Shown here: piece by piece, positions 39,475 to 53,123 of the stretch
Position numbering within the stretch: position 1 is the first letter of the stretch
How the letters are laid out: every line of letters starts with the position of its first letter
NCBI GenBank assembly: GCA_965649765.1
Contig: OZ287749.1
Location: forward strand, 22,630,001-22,694,000
Direction of reading: 5' to 3'
Length of the DNA stretch: 64,000 bases
Source of the DNA: Bispira polyomma
Taxonomy: Eukaryota
Notes under the pieces: generated by a model
What the model saw: only the letters and a program-made list of their open reading frames with translations
Databases searched by the model: none
What the model was told of the DNA's origin: nothing
Made by a program: the position numbers and the translations under genes

Positions 39475-41756
39475 CTGTAAATCAGATATTTGTAGTTATC
39501 AGAAAGGACTTTTAACAGATTTATTATGATATTTGTATCAGAAGGACTTGCAACAGATTCTATTATGGAATATGTTTAATCAATTCCTTGACAGAATAAA
39601 CCATGATAAATATTGATACAACTAAATCCGATTTGTTTTGTAGATATCAGAAAGGACTTTTAGCCTATTTTATTAAGGCATTTGTTTAATCAAATCCTTG
39701 ACCTAATAATAAAACAGAAACATTCCTACAACTGAAAATTTGATAAAAGGCCTTTAAGTTTGTGAAATGCAATCAGTTAATTGGTTTGTTTTAATGATTG
39801 TACTTAAACCATATGCTGATTGAGAAGGATATGTTTGTTTCAACACATTGTATTACAGACAGTATTAGTGGGAAACTAGACCTATCCATGTTGACCCTTG
39901 CATCTTTATCTGTAAATATTTCATGGATGAAAACCACACACCTGAACCTTCACACAGCAAACAACAATCGATTTATGTAATTTTCGTCCATATCTGTGTA
40001 AAAAGACTCCAGACCCTTTTTGTATAGGCATGGATATAAATTTATTGTTTGCTTTTGATATGGTTAACTCAATGGTTGTCTTCCGTGAATACTGATATGG
40101 AAAAGAATATGGGTACAGGTGAAAATGGAAAGGTCTAGTTTCCCACTTTGCCTGAGAGCAACTACTTACATCTTCAGGAGTCAAAATATCATCACCATAA
40201 TATTATGGTGACATTTTATCCTACAGCTTGGGTCATTTTTATAGGATGTATCTTTCACAATTATATTTTTGCAATCAAAAAGTATGTAAATTTCTTATGT
40301 CCTATATCAAACTCCATCAGATGAGAACTCCAGGAATACGACAACTGATGGTTCAAGTGGTAACAAGACAACACCACTTTACAGCTCAGGTTTTGATTTA
40401 ACCAGTTGTCAGGCAACTATTATTGCCAGTTTTGAGAACTTGTTTTGTCTAACAATGATCGGACTTCTTCCCAGACATTTTCTTCTTACTGCTTTAACTG
40501 TACAAGGTTAAATTTTGTCGGATGTGACATTTTTCAAAAATGCTTTTAGGTTTTTACCAACATAACACAACATTCCTCCGGGGTTGTCATCTCTTCTAAA
40601 TCTAACTTTTAATACTATTTTCTGTAATATGCATGAAGGCACTATTCCTAAATTTTAGGTAGAAATGCACATCAACTGAGCAGCCTAAACAGCTTTAAAA
40701 TTTGAATTAGACTCAGTCAAATCATAATACACAAGAGTATGGTTCACGGACGTCAAAACTAACAAATGGTGGTTGAAGTAAAGAAGTTCAAGGAGCAAGG
40801 AACAATACATTTTGCTTACAATTATTAACTATTTTTTTTGATGAGACTACCTTCAATAATGATATGCCAGAAAAATAGTAACGATATGTATATTTCATGT
40901 TCTGCAGTATTTAGGCCCGCAATACTGTACTTCATACAAAAATTCATGAAGGATGTTGGTATACTTGTAGAAAGTTAGGTGATCAGCTTACTAATCTTGG
41001 CTGAAGTGAACAAGTATTTGTATGTTTCAAATCAATCTGACACTTTCATTGAAAAGTTTCCAGGTACTGGTTAATGTGTATTTTTTCACTGCAACATGGC
41101 TACTTCATTAAAGATGTAGCATCTTCAAATGAGGAACAGGAAAATAGATTGGAATACACTTCCATAACAAATAATTCAGGCAAACTATCATGACTATCTT
41201 TATTTACAATAACCTTTCAGTAGAACATGCATATATTTTTATGACAGAAACTTAAACTGAAAATACCATCTTTATTGACAACATCAACCTTCATAAGACT
41301 AGAGAAATCTTTATTGACAACATTAACCCTAACAAGGCCAGACATTTCTCAACAAAAACGAAAAATTATCTATATAAACTATGCTATCAGCTTTATAAAA
41401 AAACAATATGATAATGTAACGGTAAATACAAATAACTAAAACTGATTAAAAATTTAAATGCAAAATAGCAAAGTACACATAAAATACACTAATGTTCAAC
41501 AATCCAGTGATTGAATATAAATATCGAACAATATTACAAACCTAAAATTATGTGATTCAAAATACTTTTAAATGTGAAAATTTTAACATTTTAATGTACA
41601 AACTTTCTGTGAACACTTTTTTATAATTAATGTTGAACATGAGAGATATCATACAACTGACCATGCTGATGCCACATGTTGTTTGTTTTCACACCATACA
41701 TTTGACCACCACAACACTATTCATGTGTGCATTTTTTTAAATATAAGTACTAAACA

Positions 41757-42005
41757 CCTGGACTGGTAGTCTCGAACGTATACTCAGCTCAAACATATAC
41801 TCAACTTATATCTAGATTCTCTAAAACTCTGGATACAGTAAACATATCTAAAAGCCGACTTCATATTTGAATTCAGGTTTAAAAGCTCTATTAAAATGAA
41901 TGGTCACAAGTATAGGTTATTTCCATGTACAATGATTTCCACATGATCTTTATTTGAGTTGAGTACGAGTTTAAGCTGAGTTGATGTTCCAGAATACGGG
42001 CCCTG
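41757..42005. mobile_element. MITE with ~50-bp imperfect TIRs
   Basis: gaacgtatactcagctcaaacatatactcaact pairs with agttgagtacgagtttaagctgagttgatgttc. Confidence 0.6.
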
Positions 42006-42256
42006 TATTTCAAAATTATCATAAATTATGATCAATAGTCACCAAGAATTTGTTAAACTGTCGAATGCATATTAAGTTACCTAAAGAGGATCACACAACT
42101 TCAGAAATGAGAGTTCATATTTACTCCTATACATCAATGAATAACATTTGTCAGAGTTTCACTTAATATGTTGAAGAGTTGGACCATAAATATATATTGT
42201 ATCTCCTTATTAAAAGACACAATCAAGATTACAGAATTTTTCAATATAGTTACAAA

Positions 42257-42378
42257 TCAACGATATCCGAACTGCTTGGCTTGGTGTCTTTTCATTGTAT
42301 TTCTAGCCTTGCTACAAACGTTATTGATCTCTGCCACAATCTCAGAATGGCTGATCTTGGTACGCTGTTGTGCAAAGC
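42257..42378 (-). CDS. Alternative last exon 21
   Basis: ttcttttcatag|GC then FAQQRTKISHSEIVAEINNVCSKARNTMKRHQAKQFGYR*. Confidence 0.85.
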
Positions 42379-42637
42379 CTATGAAAAGAAAATATATGAA
42401 CTAAAACCATTGCCATGTTAATGTTTTTGCATAGAACTGTGTCACAGCCAAGTAAGTACATGTTTGATATTAGAAACTATGGTATTGGAAACTAAATACA
42501 TACAGCTAGTTATTGTTTTGTGCCTGTGAGGTTTTTCTAAATTGTAGTGTTTTGGCATAGGATTACATAGCTGCTTATTAGTTTCATTTTGTGTATGTTT
42601 TTCTAAATTTCAACGACTTTCCCAAGAACACCTGTTA

Positions 42638-42756
42638 TTAGAGAATTTTAGCAACTTCTTTCAGTCTTTTTTTTCTCAAGACTTTTCGCTGTTCTGCACA
42701 TATTTTGTTGATTTGGAGCACGGTATCTATCGTATATCCATTCTGCTCCATCCAAC
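42638..42756 (-). CDS. Alternative last exon 22
   Basis: caattgttttag|GT then WMEQNGYTIDTVLQINKICAEQRKVLRKKRLKEVAKIL*. Confidence 0.8.
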
Positions 42757-43367
42757 CTAAAACAATTGAAACAAAGACTTAGTGTTAATCCAGTATTTCC
42801 TATATTTGTGGGGAGTATAAGTTCTAGCCATGCATATAGCACAATACTCGTATCCCTTCAATGTGTCATATTTACAAGATGGAGTCACAAAATTTAGCTT
42901 TGAGAAATAAAGCAATTTGATCATTTAACTTATGGTCACACAAAGGCCTTTTAAACTTTCTTAACACACACAAACCATACAAATTACTGTGTACACTTTG
43001 TGTGGCATTTTGGTGATAAAGTTATCCCGCATTGGAATAGAATTGTTCAACCTTTGTAGTAATAAATCCTTATATAATTTCCCAAGTTACATACTAAATT
43101 TTAATTTTGATATAAGCAGGTTTATACTTAGCGCTTAAACTTTCTACAAAATGGACAAGACTTGTACTGTAATAACAACATCTGCAGTCTTGAAGTCATA
43201 TATTTATCCAATCAAACCACAAACTTAGCAGTACACTATCTTATTTCCCTCGTTAACAATCTTGTATAACATTTTTCCATTAAACTAGTTATCAATCCCT
43301 CTTTTTTTCACTTCTTAGTGTAATTTGTCTCAAACCAAAAGACATGGCAGAGACTTGTAAATGGATT

Positions 43368-43600
43368 CTTCAGAGACAAGCCAAGTAATTTGACACCTTC
43401 AGAGACAAGCCAAGTAATTCGACACCTTCAGAGACAAGCCAAGCAATTTGACACCTTCAGAAACAAGCCAAGTAATTTGACACCTTCAGAGACAAGCTAA
43501 GTAATTTGACACCTTCAGAGACAAGCCAAGTAATTCGACACCTTCAGAGACAAGTCAAGTATTTGGACACCTTCAGAGACAAGCCAAGTTTTTTGACACA
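43368..43600. repeat. Minisatellite, 29-bp unit x8
   Basis: ccttcagagacaagccaagtaatttgaca repeated. Confidence 0.93.
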
Positions 43601-43743
43601 TAACTGATATCTTCATAGATGTTGCAATCAGCTATTTCCATGTATCTCTAGTTGCAGTGGTTGGTCTTTAAAATTCAGTAAATACGACTTTTTGATAGTC
43701 TCAACCTTTATTGTTGTAAGTTTTAAAGGTCCAGATAGGAATT

Positions 43744-43874
43744 CTATGTAGTTTCCAGGGTCTTTTGAGGATACAGCCCCTTTTTTCTCATTCTGTATCT
43801 CGACTCAGCACATATTTCATTGATCAACTGACATGTCACAGTGGGCTTGATCCCTCTTGCCTGTTGAACCCAGC
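43744..43874 (-). CDS. Alternative last exon 23
   Basis: attgttttatag|GC then WVQQARGIKPTVTCQLINEICAESRYRMRKKGLYPQKTLETT*. Confidence 0.85.
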
Positions 43875-44050
43875 CTATAAAACAATACCAAGCATTTAAT
43901 GGTTAAAAAACGATTTCACGTTTTAACCCAATCAATTTACTAACAGGGAATTAAAGGCAGCTACTGCGAGCCACTATGGCATGCCAATCTGTAACCTCTA
44001 TACTATCGTGACAAAGAACATGGTTTAGTCCTCCTTATCAGCATACATAA

Positions 44051-44172
44051 TCACTGTTTGGTTTGACTTTGTACAGCACGAACTTTGATTGTCCTCCTCA
44101 TTTGGCAATAGATTTCATTAATGAGCTGAGTGACTTTAGCAGGCGACATCAGCATTTTGCTATACCTGTATC
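44051..44172 (-). CDS. Alternative last exon 24
   Basis: tctattgtttcag|GA then YRYSKMLMSPAKVTQLINEIYCQMRRTIKVRAVQSQTKQ*. Confidence 0.8.
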
Positions 44173-45032
44173 CTGAAACAATAGAAAAATCTCTCAGTGA
44201 AGCAAGTGCCAGCTCAACAGAACCTAACAATAAAGCCGTTCTTGCGTGACAATAACATAGTCTTGATGTTCCAAAGATGGGAGTTTATACTTCAAGGACA
44301 GGAAAAAGATCCAGAAAATGTCCTCAATATTTCCTTTGAACCTTAATCAGGAAAAATAAATTAAACAAATCAAAGCCACATCTAAGAGGTGTCGCTTATC
44401 TAGAAATATATATAACAACACTCTTGGTTATAACAACATGTTCTCGCATTAGATCAAATTTTTATTTCCAGAATTATAATCCCACTTGCCCGGTCTCATT
44501 TAGACGTATCTACATGGCTATTTGTGAAGTTGAACAAATGAATGTGGGGGTTATATGAAAGTGGCCAACCCATTTATAGATTTCTCTCTGGCATCAAATT
44601 TGATACAAAAATGAGGTCATGCCGTGTTACCTTCGGTCACCAATACATATCACAAAGACAACATGAAACAAGTGTGCACTTTATGGTCACTAACATGGAA
44701 TGAACGTACAAATATGATCCCTAATACTCACTTTTACTAAACAAATTTCCACGAAAATGTACAAAAACTATCAGTAGAGTTACTTATGATCACCAAAAGA
44801 GACCTAGTAATAAAGCACAAAAAACTGTCATATCCTTAAACACAGTCTTGGTTGATCTCATATATGCTGAAAACAATCAGCGGACATACTAATTTGGATT
44901 ATGATCTGGTCATATGCCTTTCCTTTACTTCTCTTTAAAATTGTCTTATTCTGTGAATTCTACCATCTATGTAATAAGGCTTGTTTTATCAAGAAATCTC
45001 TACTTCATCAAGTCTTGAACATTTAGTTGTTA

Positions 45033-45160
45033 TCACTGGTAATCTTCCTTCAGTTGATGTGTTGATTTAGTTCTTACATGGCGCCTCATCTGTCCACAGA
45101 TTTCATTAATTAGCTGCACCATGGCTTTATCTGACATCCCACAACGTATGAACACAAACC
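45033..45160 (-). CDS. Alternative last exon 25
   Basis: ttccatttacag|GG then FVFIRCGMSDKAMVQLINEICGQMRRHVRTKSTHQLKEDYQ*. Confidence 0.85.
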
Positions 45161-45624
45161 CTGTAAATGGAACCAAGACAGGAACTTTGGAATTTAAAGT
45201 GAAACTGTGCCATCTTCACTATGCCATTTCATACATAGAAATGTGTATGTTTTGAGAAATTCGAGTGTACATCTCACAAATAGAAACACGTGTATGTTTA
45301 GTATCTTACTACATCTGACCAAACCAGATGAACAAGTATTACTCTGAAAAGTGCTTTCACAGTTTATCAAGTTTTCCTTGGTTTATATCCTGAAATAGCT
45401 TTTTACCTCAACATATATTTATCCTTTTTAAAGACAAACACCATAGAACTCTCACATAAAAGTCCTTTTATCATTTCCATTCTCTACATCCTTTACTAAT
45501 CCACAATGCAGTCAGAGAAAATATATCATGTTTTAATGCACCCAACGGTCATGGGTTGATTAAACTTCAACAATTTGTGAGCTTTATCTCTTTATGGTAT
45601 GTTCTTGATAAATACACTGTCCAC

Positions 45625-45740
45625 TCAGTCTTTTGGATATTCGCCTTTCTTGCGGAGATTGTATCTAGCTTTTCTACGCATTGCATTCAGAATATCCATG
45701 GTTGTGTTAGGCAACATTCCTCTCATCATCTGAGCATACC
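45625..45740 (-). CDS. Alternative last exon 26
   Basis: tctgcttttcag|GG then YAQMMRGMLPNTTMDILNAMRRKARYNLRKKGEYPKD*. Confidence 0.8.
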
Positions 45741-45940
45741 CTGAAAAGCAGATAAAATTGCGGGTCACACATTTTGGTGAAGAAAATAACTAACAAAATG
45801 TACTCCATTTGTCCAGTGCAATTATTCACTTGTGTCCTACAAAGTTCCTCTGAAGTTTTTTGCATATTCTGTGAAAACCTATACAGGACAACCACCAGTA
45901 AAATCCAGGATTTTCTCCTAGTATTTGCAATGTATGATGT

Positions 45941-46059
45941 CTAGAATGTCTTGGGTAGTTGACCCTTTTTACGCAGGTGAAACCTTAATTGAGTGCCCAC
46001 ATCATTGATCAGACGTATGGTCTCTCTAGGACTTATTCCAGTCTTCTTTGCTGCAAATG
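45941..46059 (-). CDS. Alternative last exon 27
   Basis: gtgtttttcag|CA then FAAKKTGISPRETIRLINDVGTQLRFHLRKKGQLPKTF*. Confidence 0.83.
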
Positions 46060-46537
46060 CTGAAAAACACAAGCAACAGTTCTTTGTGCACTTTCCACTT
46101 TGGCAAAACTATTTTACTCTACTGTCCATTATATTGAGGTATTGTGTACATGGTTGCATTAAGATGGGTCACAGTGATTCATTTAACTTCCCACCATGAG
46201 GTGTTACTACCCCTAACTACGAACCACCCCCAATAAACCAGATATTGAGCAGGCAAACTTCCATGATTATAACAGAAGGAGCATCGTCTAAAAACCATTA
46301 ATCAAAGTACTGTTTCATTCAATAAAGAGGCAGTCATATCAGACAACAAACTGTAACTCGAATTGAATGCGGAGAATGTAGTGGCTCAGTTGTCTTCCCT
46401 CGTAAAAATTCTGCCACACTTGCAATTTAATTTTAATACACACTGATTAGGTTCAAATGTAAGCTGGTGTGGTCATTTAATGTTCAATTAGCTTCTTTGC
46501 CATGATATGTTGTGCGGCTAACACCTCCTTTTTTTTC

Positions 46538-46668
46538 TCAGTTGGTTTTTGAAAGAAACTTTGGAATTATTCCACTTTTTCGGAGATGTGACCTGGCTTC
46601 ACAGCACATCTCATTCACAAGATGAACAACCTTGGCCTCTGACATTCCACTAATCATATAAGCATAGG
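46538..46668 (-). CDS. Alternative last exon 28
   Basis: ctttccattgtag|CC then YAYMISGMSEAKVVHLVNEMCCEARSHLRKSGIIPKFLSKTN*. Confidence 0.85.
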
Positions 46669-47439
46669 CTACAATGGAAAGAAAATTACATATTACCAAT
46701 CAGAAGGGGAAAATTGGTCTAAGATTAGAAAAGTGGCAACAGTGGCTATTCATGGGAAGAAAGTTTTTCTCTTTTAATGACCTTGCTTTGACCTTCAAGT
46801 TTAGGCTGTTATCAAACAGTACCATATTAACTAAAGTGACCCTAAGTACATTAAAAGTATTTGCATCAAGCTTACACGACCTAATATTCCTGTAGCTTGA
46901 GGATATTTAAATACTTTAGATACTATAGAAAGCATCCATTTTAGTCGGGATGAGGTTATATTTATATTGATAAGATAATTATTTTATTTTCTCATACAGA
47001 AAAAAATTATAACATACATGCAAAGAACACCATGTCTAGGATCCAGTAACTATGTCATCACTTTTTACAATATTGTTTTATATTCTTAACATACTTTACA
47101 CAATTATTGTGCTATATATATATACACAAAAATATCCGCAACTTGAAACTTTTAAAATCTGAATAAGTGAATCACACACTTCTTGGTGGTATATGGGTCT
47201 TAAACATAGACTATTGTACTCACGATGTAGTTTAAACACTAGGTTTAACATTACTAGCTTTTTATCCTACCTAATCACAATGTAGTGACTGTGAGTGAGG
47301 CCTACTGTTTACTTATCACCAGTAATGTACAACGGAACTGGTACATGAATTTACCTTTATTAAGCAATCACCTCTCTACAAATATACTAAGGCTGACAAG
47401 AAAATAGTAGATTATCTGGCATTCGGTTCAGAAAGATCA

Positions 47440-48782
47440 AAACAAGAAAAGAGCGGCCATGGGCCGCTAACTAGTTTGCTATGCACATACCTGAGGCTAT
47501 GCACATGTCTGAGGCCCAATTTCTGGGCCACATAATCGAGTTTGAGAGTTTGTCATGAAACAGTGAAAAAAAGAATGAAAACTGGCAAAAAAAAAATTGA
47601 TTTTGACCAGGGCAATTTTGTCCAAGTTCTAGGTTTGAGACAAAAAAAAAATACTAAAATTTTGACCAGGGCGATTTTGATAAAGTTATGGTTGGAGATA
47701 AAAACTAAAAAATTTGACTATGGCGATATTGTCTAAGTTACAGGTTGGAGACAAATTTTTTTTCTACATTTTTGACCAGGGCGATTTTGTCCAAGTTATA
47801 GGTTAGAGATAAAAAAAAAAAATTAATTTTGACCAGGGCGTTTTTGTCCAAGTTATAGGTTGGGGACAAACAAAAATTGTGATCAGGGCAATTTTTGTCC
47901 AAGTTATAGTTTGGAGATAAAAACAAAATTGACAAGGACGATTTTGTCCAAGATATAGGTTGGAGATAAAACGTTACCAGGGCTATTTTGTCCAAGTTAT
48001 AGGTTGGACATAAAAAAAATTAGACCATATCGATATTGCCTCAAGTTACAGTTTGGAGACAAATTTTTTTTAAATTATGACCAGGGTGATTTTGTCCAAG
48101 TTATAGGTTGGAGATAAGAAAAATTTGACCATGGCGATTTTGTGCAAGTTATAGGTTGGAGGCAAAAACAAGTACCCAGCTTTCAAAGGCGGGCTTTTGT
48201 CTAAGTTATAGGTTTGAGAAAAAACAAAACAATTACTTTTGACCTGGAAAAGTATCCATTTTTAGCGTAATAATAAAAACCAGAGCTTTTTAAAATGTGT
48301 ATAAAATTTCGGTTCCCTTGTTGTCGGCTGTATGTAGTCAGTTAAAATTTTGAAAGATCTCGCCGCAGGAATGTGCTAGAAGATGAGGACACAGCAGACT
48401 TCCGGAAACGCGCTGAGATTTCTGCTTTCATATCGTTTTAAATTATTTTGTAAATGTCGATACCAGAACTCGCTAGGACCTTCACCTGAAACTGATGTCA
48501 TAAACATACTTCAAAACGAGGCTATATAAAGGAAGGGATATCCCAACTCTTGTGCTCTCATTAAAAGCCCAATATTTGCGGATTTGTTATTTGAATCGAT
48601 CCCAAAAAAAATCTGTAAGCACAAGAGAATCAATTTAAGATTCTATGCGAATTTCAGGCCATAACTCCCTACCAGTTTCGAGATTTGCTTGTCGACACGT
48701 TTTGTACACTTTCTCTATCTTTTCGAGTCCTGCTATGAACTAGTTTGCACATGCGCAGACTTGCGCAATGTGCAAACTAGTT
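47440..48782. mobile_element. Putative non-autonomous Helentron/HINE-like element with internal tandem array
   Basis: Left end aacaaga...agcggccatgggccgct hairpin then aactagtttgc; ~45-60-bp repeats gaccagggcgattttgtccaagttataggttggagat at 47600-48245; right-end palindrome aactagtttgcacat...atgtgcaaactagtt. Confidence 0.6.
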
Positions 48783-49219
48783 AAAAAGACTAAATTTTGC
48801 TATTCCAATTCGCCAATTTTAATAACAATTTACATATACTTTGTCCATACAAAACTGCTTATTTTTAGAAACATAAACAAATTGTAACACTTTTTTCCCA
48901 ATTATTAATAAAACGAATATTCATTTATTTGCCCAGAATGCTTTCAGCTATTTGGTATAGTAAAATTGCTATTCGGTTTGAGCCTCAACAAATACTATAA
49001 TCCGGGCTTCCTATGAGGGACTTTTATAGATGTTCGACTGCACTACTGTGTTGTAGGATCAAAACTAATTCTAAATACTTTTTAAGACATTATTTCCGAG
49101 TCTTTCTTCATTCTCAACTACCCCATGTATATCAACTTTAAAAAATTCCTTCTCTATTATTATTTTCTAATTAGGTTTTACAGCAGAATGTTTCCTCAAG
49201 ACTCCTGAAGCATACTTGT

Positions 49220-49341
49220 TCAGTGTCCTTTCTCTGGAAATAGACCCTTTTTACGGAGATGAAACCTTGCTTGGGCACACATATCACCGATTAACTTGAT
49301 GACTTCCACAGCACTCATTCCTCTTAGTTTGTGAACACATT
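49220..49341 (-). CDS. Alternative last exon 29
   Basis: ttcattatttcag|AA then CVHKLRGMSAVEVIKLIGDMCAQARFHLRKKGLFPEKGH*. Confidence 0.85.
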
Positions 49342-49380
49342 CTGAAATAATGAAAGATGAAATTCTTTTTAAAGAAAACA

Positions 49381-49478
49381 ACTCCCAAAAAATACTACTG
49401 CGTACTTGTGTTTGACATACAGCAACTACCACTCCCAAAAAATACTACTGCGTACTTGTGTTTGACATACAGCAACTA
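49381..49478. repeat. 50-bp direct duplication
   Basis: actcccaaaaaatactactgcgtacttgtgtttgacatacagcaactac at 49381 and 49431. Confidence 0.92.
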
Positions 49479-50429
49479 CAAAATCTTGACATCTAAAATA
49501 TTATTAGGCAGGTGTGCAATGGTGGGGGCAATCATTATTGGTTTAGGTTTAATATTGAGTTACAAATATCGGAAAAATTTTCTGAAAAAATCTCCATTTT
49601 CTTACATCTGCTACTGTTACATCACAACAACGTCACAATTGATGTATGTATTACGTCAGCTTTGTACACTCACTAGAATTATAGTTATAATATAAAAATA
49701 TATGTTTGCAATGTCACACAAACAGCACGGTTCTCAACCCAAACAGTGTCTGTGGCACGGGCAACTTCTAGTATATATTTTACTTCAACATCAACAACTA
49801 TTATTTTACAAAATTTATCAAAATACACTTCACACATTGGAAACTTTTTCTTTGCAAATAAACGATAAACATTTTACCGTCATATCTTTTTAATATTTTA
49901 CACAAGTTATAACGAATGGATATACCAACACTATGCCGGTAATTGAATTATAAATGCAATGTTTACTAAACTTACAAAAGCAATGTATTCACATAATGCT
50001 TTAAAAGCACTTCAAAACATTTTCTACATTTAACAAATAACACACTACTTCTTGTTCCACTGTAATGTATCTTATTACATCTATTCTACATATAACTTTA
50101 ATTAGACCATTTCTATACCAGTACACCATCTGACAAATGCAACACAAAAGTAATCAAACTGTAGTACTTGGTCCTGTACCAGGATTTTCTTAAAACACTG
50201 AATATGACCATGTCACACCAATCAAGGAGCATTACCTAGATCAGTCATCAATCAGCCTTGTCCAAAAGAGGAGTATTAACACTGGTTTATAATGTTTAAA
50301 ATGATAATCTCCTAATCCTGTTTTAATTCTATCTAAAACTATTCCATTTCTGCTTCTACTAAGTCTTTTCTTCCCAACATCCCAAACTTCCCAAAAAAAT
50401 TCTGTTCTCTCATTTGGCTTCTGTACATC

Positions 50430-50551
50430 TTACTGGGGTTTCTGAGGAAATAGGCCTTTCCTCCTAAGCCGACTACGAATCTCCCCACACAGCATGGCTA
50501 TGATGTTGTTCATATCTGATGTTGTCATACCAGTTTTCTTCCTCACAAAAT
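50430..50551 (-). CDS. Alternative last exon 30
   Basis: atactttcag|AT then FVRKKTGMTTSDMNNIIAMLCGEIRSRLRRKGLFPQKPQ*. Confidence 0.85.
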
Positions 50552-50664
50552 CTGAAAGTATTCCAAGAATTTATTCTTGTACTTTCATCACACTATTCAC
50601 TCAAACAAAACAATTCTATTAATTTTTCAAAAAACCGCTGCAACTTAGTACTTAAACTGTCTCT

Positions 50665-50801
50665 TCATTTTTTACTTTTCCAGTCGTCTTTGCTGGGAAA
50701 TTTGCCCGATTTCCTCAGTCTACCTCTCAGTTCTCCACACATCAGAGTGATGATGTAGTTTATTTCTTTACCTTCCATACTAGTTCTGCTCTGTACAAAG
50801 G
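50665..50801 (-). CDS. Alternative last exon 31
   Basis: ctgtattttcag|CC then FVQSRTSMEGKEINYIITLMCGELRGRLRKSGKFPSKDDWKSKK*. Confidence 0.85.
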
Positions 50802-51741
50802 CTGAAAATACAGTAAAACTTGTACTAGGACGTTCACTTGCGAGTTACGACCATTGTAAATCCATCCCCATGATTTTTCCATTAATTTTGCTTTTAAAAA
50901 CTACCACTTGTGAGTTCAGACCAATGACCACCTTTATATATGCACATAATTTTGCTCCCAGACAAGCATCTCCACAACTATTAGTCAGTGAACTGTAATC
51001 CAATATGCAAACAAATCAAAGCGAATATTGCCCACACGAGTGATGGATGGAAAATATGACAGATGACAACAGACACCACTTTAAGTGACCATTATTACAG
51101 ATTTCCCTGTCTCGTACAAGTTTTACTGTAATCAAACGTTACACCTTTGTCACATTCGGTTTTTCTCCCTGTTTGAACAGAATTTACTTGATGGATACTC
51201 AATGTAATAATCAGTTTATCATGAGCCTAACAAAATTTTTGGTACTGATGAAAGATGTACTGGACTCTACTGTAACAATGCATAAACTTTTTCTTCTGTA
51301 ATAACAAAGCCATACTTTTATAAAAAGCCGGACTCAGGTAAAACCCTGATGATATTGAACAGTTTGCTTAATGTGACGCGACCAAATGTAGCACACGTTT
51401 TTTACACACGTTTCAGTCTCTCTTTTTTTTATCTTCAGCAAGCTCAGCTCTTTTTATATTTGCTAATCATCATTAAAGGTAAATTTAAAAAAAAACTTCA
51501 TCATACAACACACAGTAAAACCTATTCATGAACTTCCATGATTCTATGAAAACACTGATTATAACAAACAGCCTCTGAACAAATATAACCCAATTGTTTC
51601 AGTTTTATTTCTTTCATACATCACTGGTAGGGTTTTAACATATGTTCCATTTGCACTAAAATGGAAAAGCTTATATACAATACAATAGTAGCTACACTTA
51701 ATCTACATACAAGCAAGCATTTGGACTTGGTACATTAAAAC

Positions 51742-51866
51742 TTAGTTTAAATTGTCTTTCCCAGGATATTTGCCAGTCCTCCTTAGACGGAACCTTAACT
51801 GTGCACAAATGTTGTTCATTATAACAACGACAGTTTGTGGTGCCATGTTGTAATGAGCCATAAACT
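51742..51866 (-). CDS. Alternative last exon 32
   Basis: ttttgtttttcag|AG then FMAHYNMAPQTVVVIMNNICAQLRFRLRRTGKYPGKDNLN*. Confidence 0.85.
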
Positions 51867-52509
51867 CTGAAAAACAAAAATAAAATACACAAAACGTATA
51901 GATTGGTGATATTCTGTAGGGCTATATCCTGCAAAAGTAATTATTATTTTGTGCGAAGTCATAGAATTTTCCAATATTTTATAATTGAATAAAATTACTG
52001 GTCATATTAATTTTGCACACACGATGACTAAAATACAGGATTTTATGAATTGTAAAATGTTGAATGTTCCATGAAATAACAATAAATGTCATTAGATTTT
52101 ATACAAAAACTTAATATGTTAATATACAACTGCCACTTCTTACGTCGCAATGTCTTTGTCTCCCATACCACTTGTAATCTCACAATGTCTCAAGAAGTTA
52201 AGAGGTCATTCTAGTATCCATAAGTACCTTTACTACAGTACAGTAGAAACACCAACCCACTTTTACAAAATGGTTTACTAGAAACAACAAGCATCATTTT
52301 TTGTGGTTATTTCCTGGTGGTCATTCATACATGAATTTTTAACCCTAGTGTTTCAACATTAAACTTTGCAAAATCGAATTTTCCAGATACATATCCACAA
52401 CATCCATTAAAAGAATGACAAGTTTCCTTCCAGCTAATATATTCCCGTTTTGCAGAAGTCTACAACAACACTAAAGGCAGCTCTGAACCAATGATGTGTT
52501 TTTGTCTGA

Positions 52510-52616
52510 TTAAAATTTTCCAGTTTTGCGTAGTCGATAACGTAGTTGGCCACAGATGATGTTTATGAGGTTGCCAATGTCTGCAGCCGACATTCTGTGA
52601 TATTTCTGTACAAAAT
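52510..52616 (-). CDS. Alternative last exon 33
   Basis: ttattttatttcag|AT then FVQKYHRMSAADIGNLINIICGQLRYRLRKTGKF*. Confidence 0.85.
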
Positions 52617-53016
52617 CTGAAATAAAATAAACACTTTATTGAAGTCACTTGACACACTTTAAGAATGGCGGGTAGTTCCACTTGAACATACGGTACAAAC
52701 TAATTGCAAAAGCTCTCTGTATCTACAAGCCTTACAAAAACGAGCACACAAGGCATCTTTTGCTAGCTTTACACACCATGTTTTTTTCAGTTTTAGTCAA
52801 GTATTTTCGGTCTGTATGTATAATATGGTACATTTAGTAGTTTCTCTCGTTCTAATTTGTTTTGAAGCTTTGAAGGTTTGGTCACAAAGCTACAAATGTT
52901 CCAAACTTTTGCCGAGAAACAGCAATTTTTTCTTTGATCCTTCCTACATATCCATCCTATTTGTCTTAACCTTAGCTTGACCATAGTTCAATTAATGAGG
53001 TGCTAGGGATGCGGTC

Positions 53017-53123
53017 TTAGGTTGTTGTTTTCTTCTTATTCTTCCACCTCTCAAATGCACCCATATGACTAACAAGGCGGCTGAATGTGCTGTCTGGCAT
53101 GCCTGTTCTCTTCTGTGTGAATA
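53017..53123 (-). CDS. Alternative last exon 34
   Basis: gtgtcattacag|TA then FTQKRTGMPDSTFSRLVSHMGAFERWKNKKKTTT*. Confidence 0.75.

Noticed and set aside
39921-40184. ORF beginning TPEDVSSCSQAK
   Set aside because: The nearest acceptor gives an immediate stop and the motif is incomplete
43368-43600. 29-bp repeats resembling a CRISPR array
   Set aside because: Head-to-tail units with no unique spacers, no cas genes and a eukaryotic context
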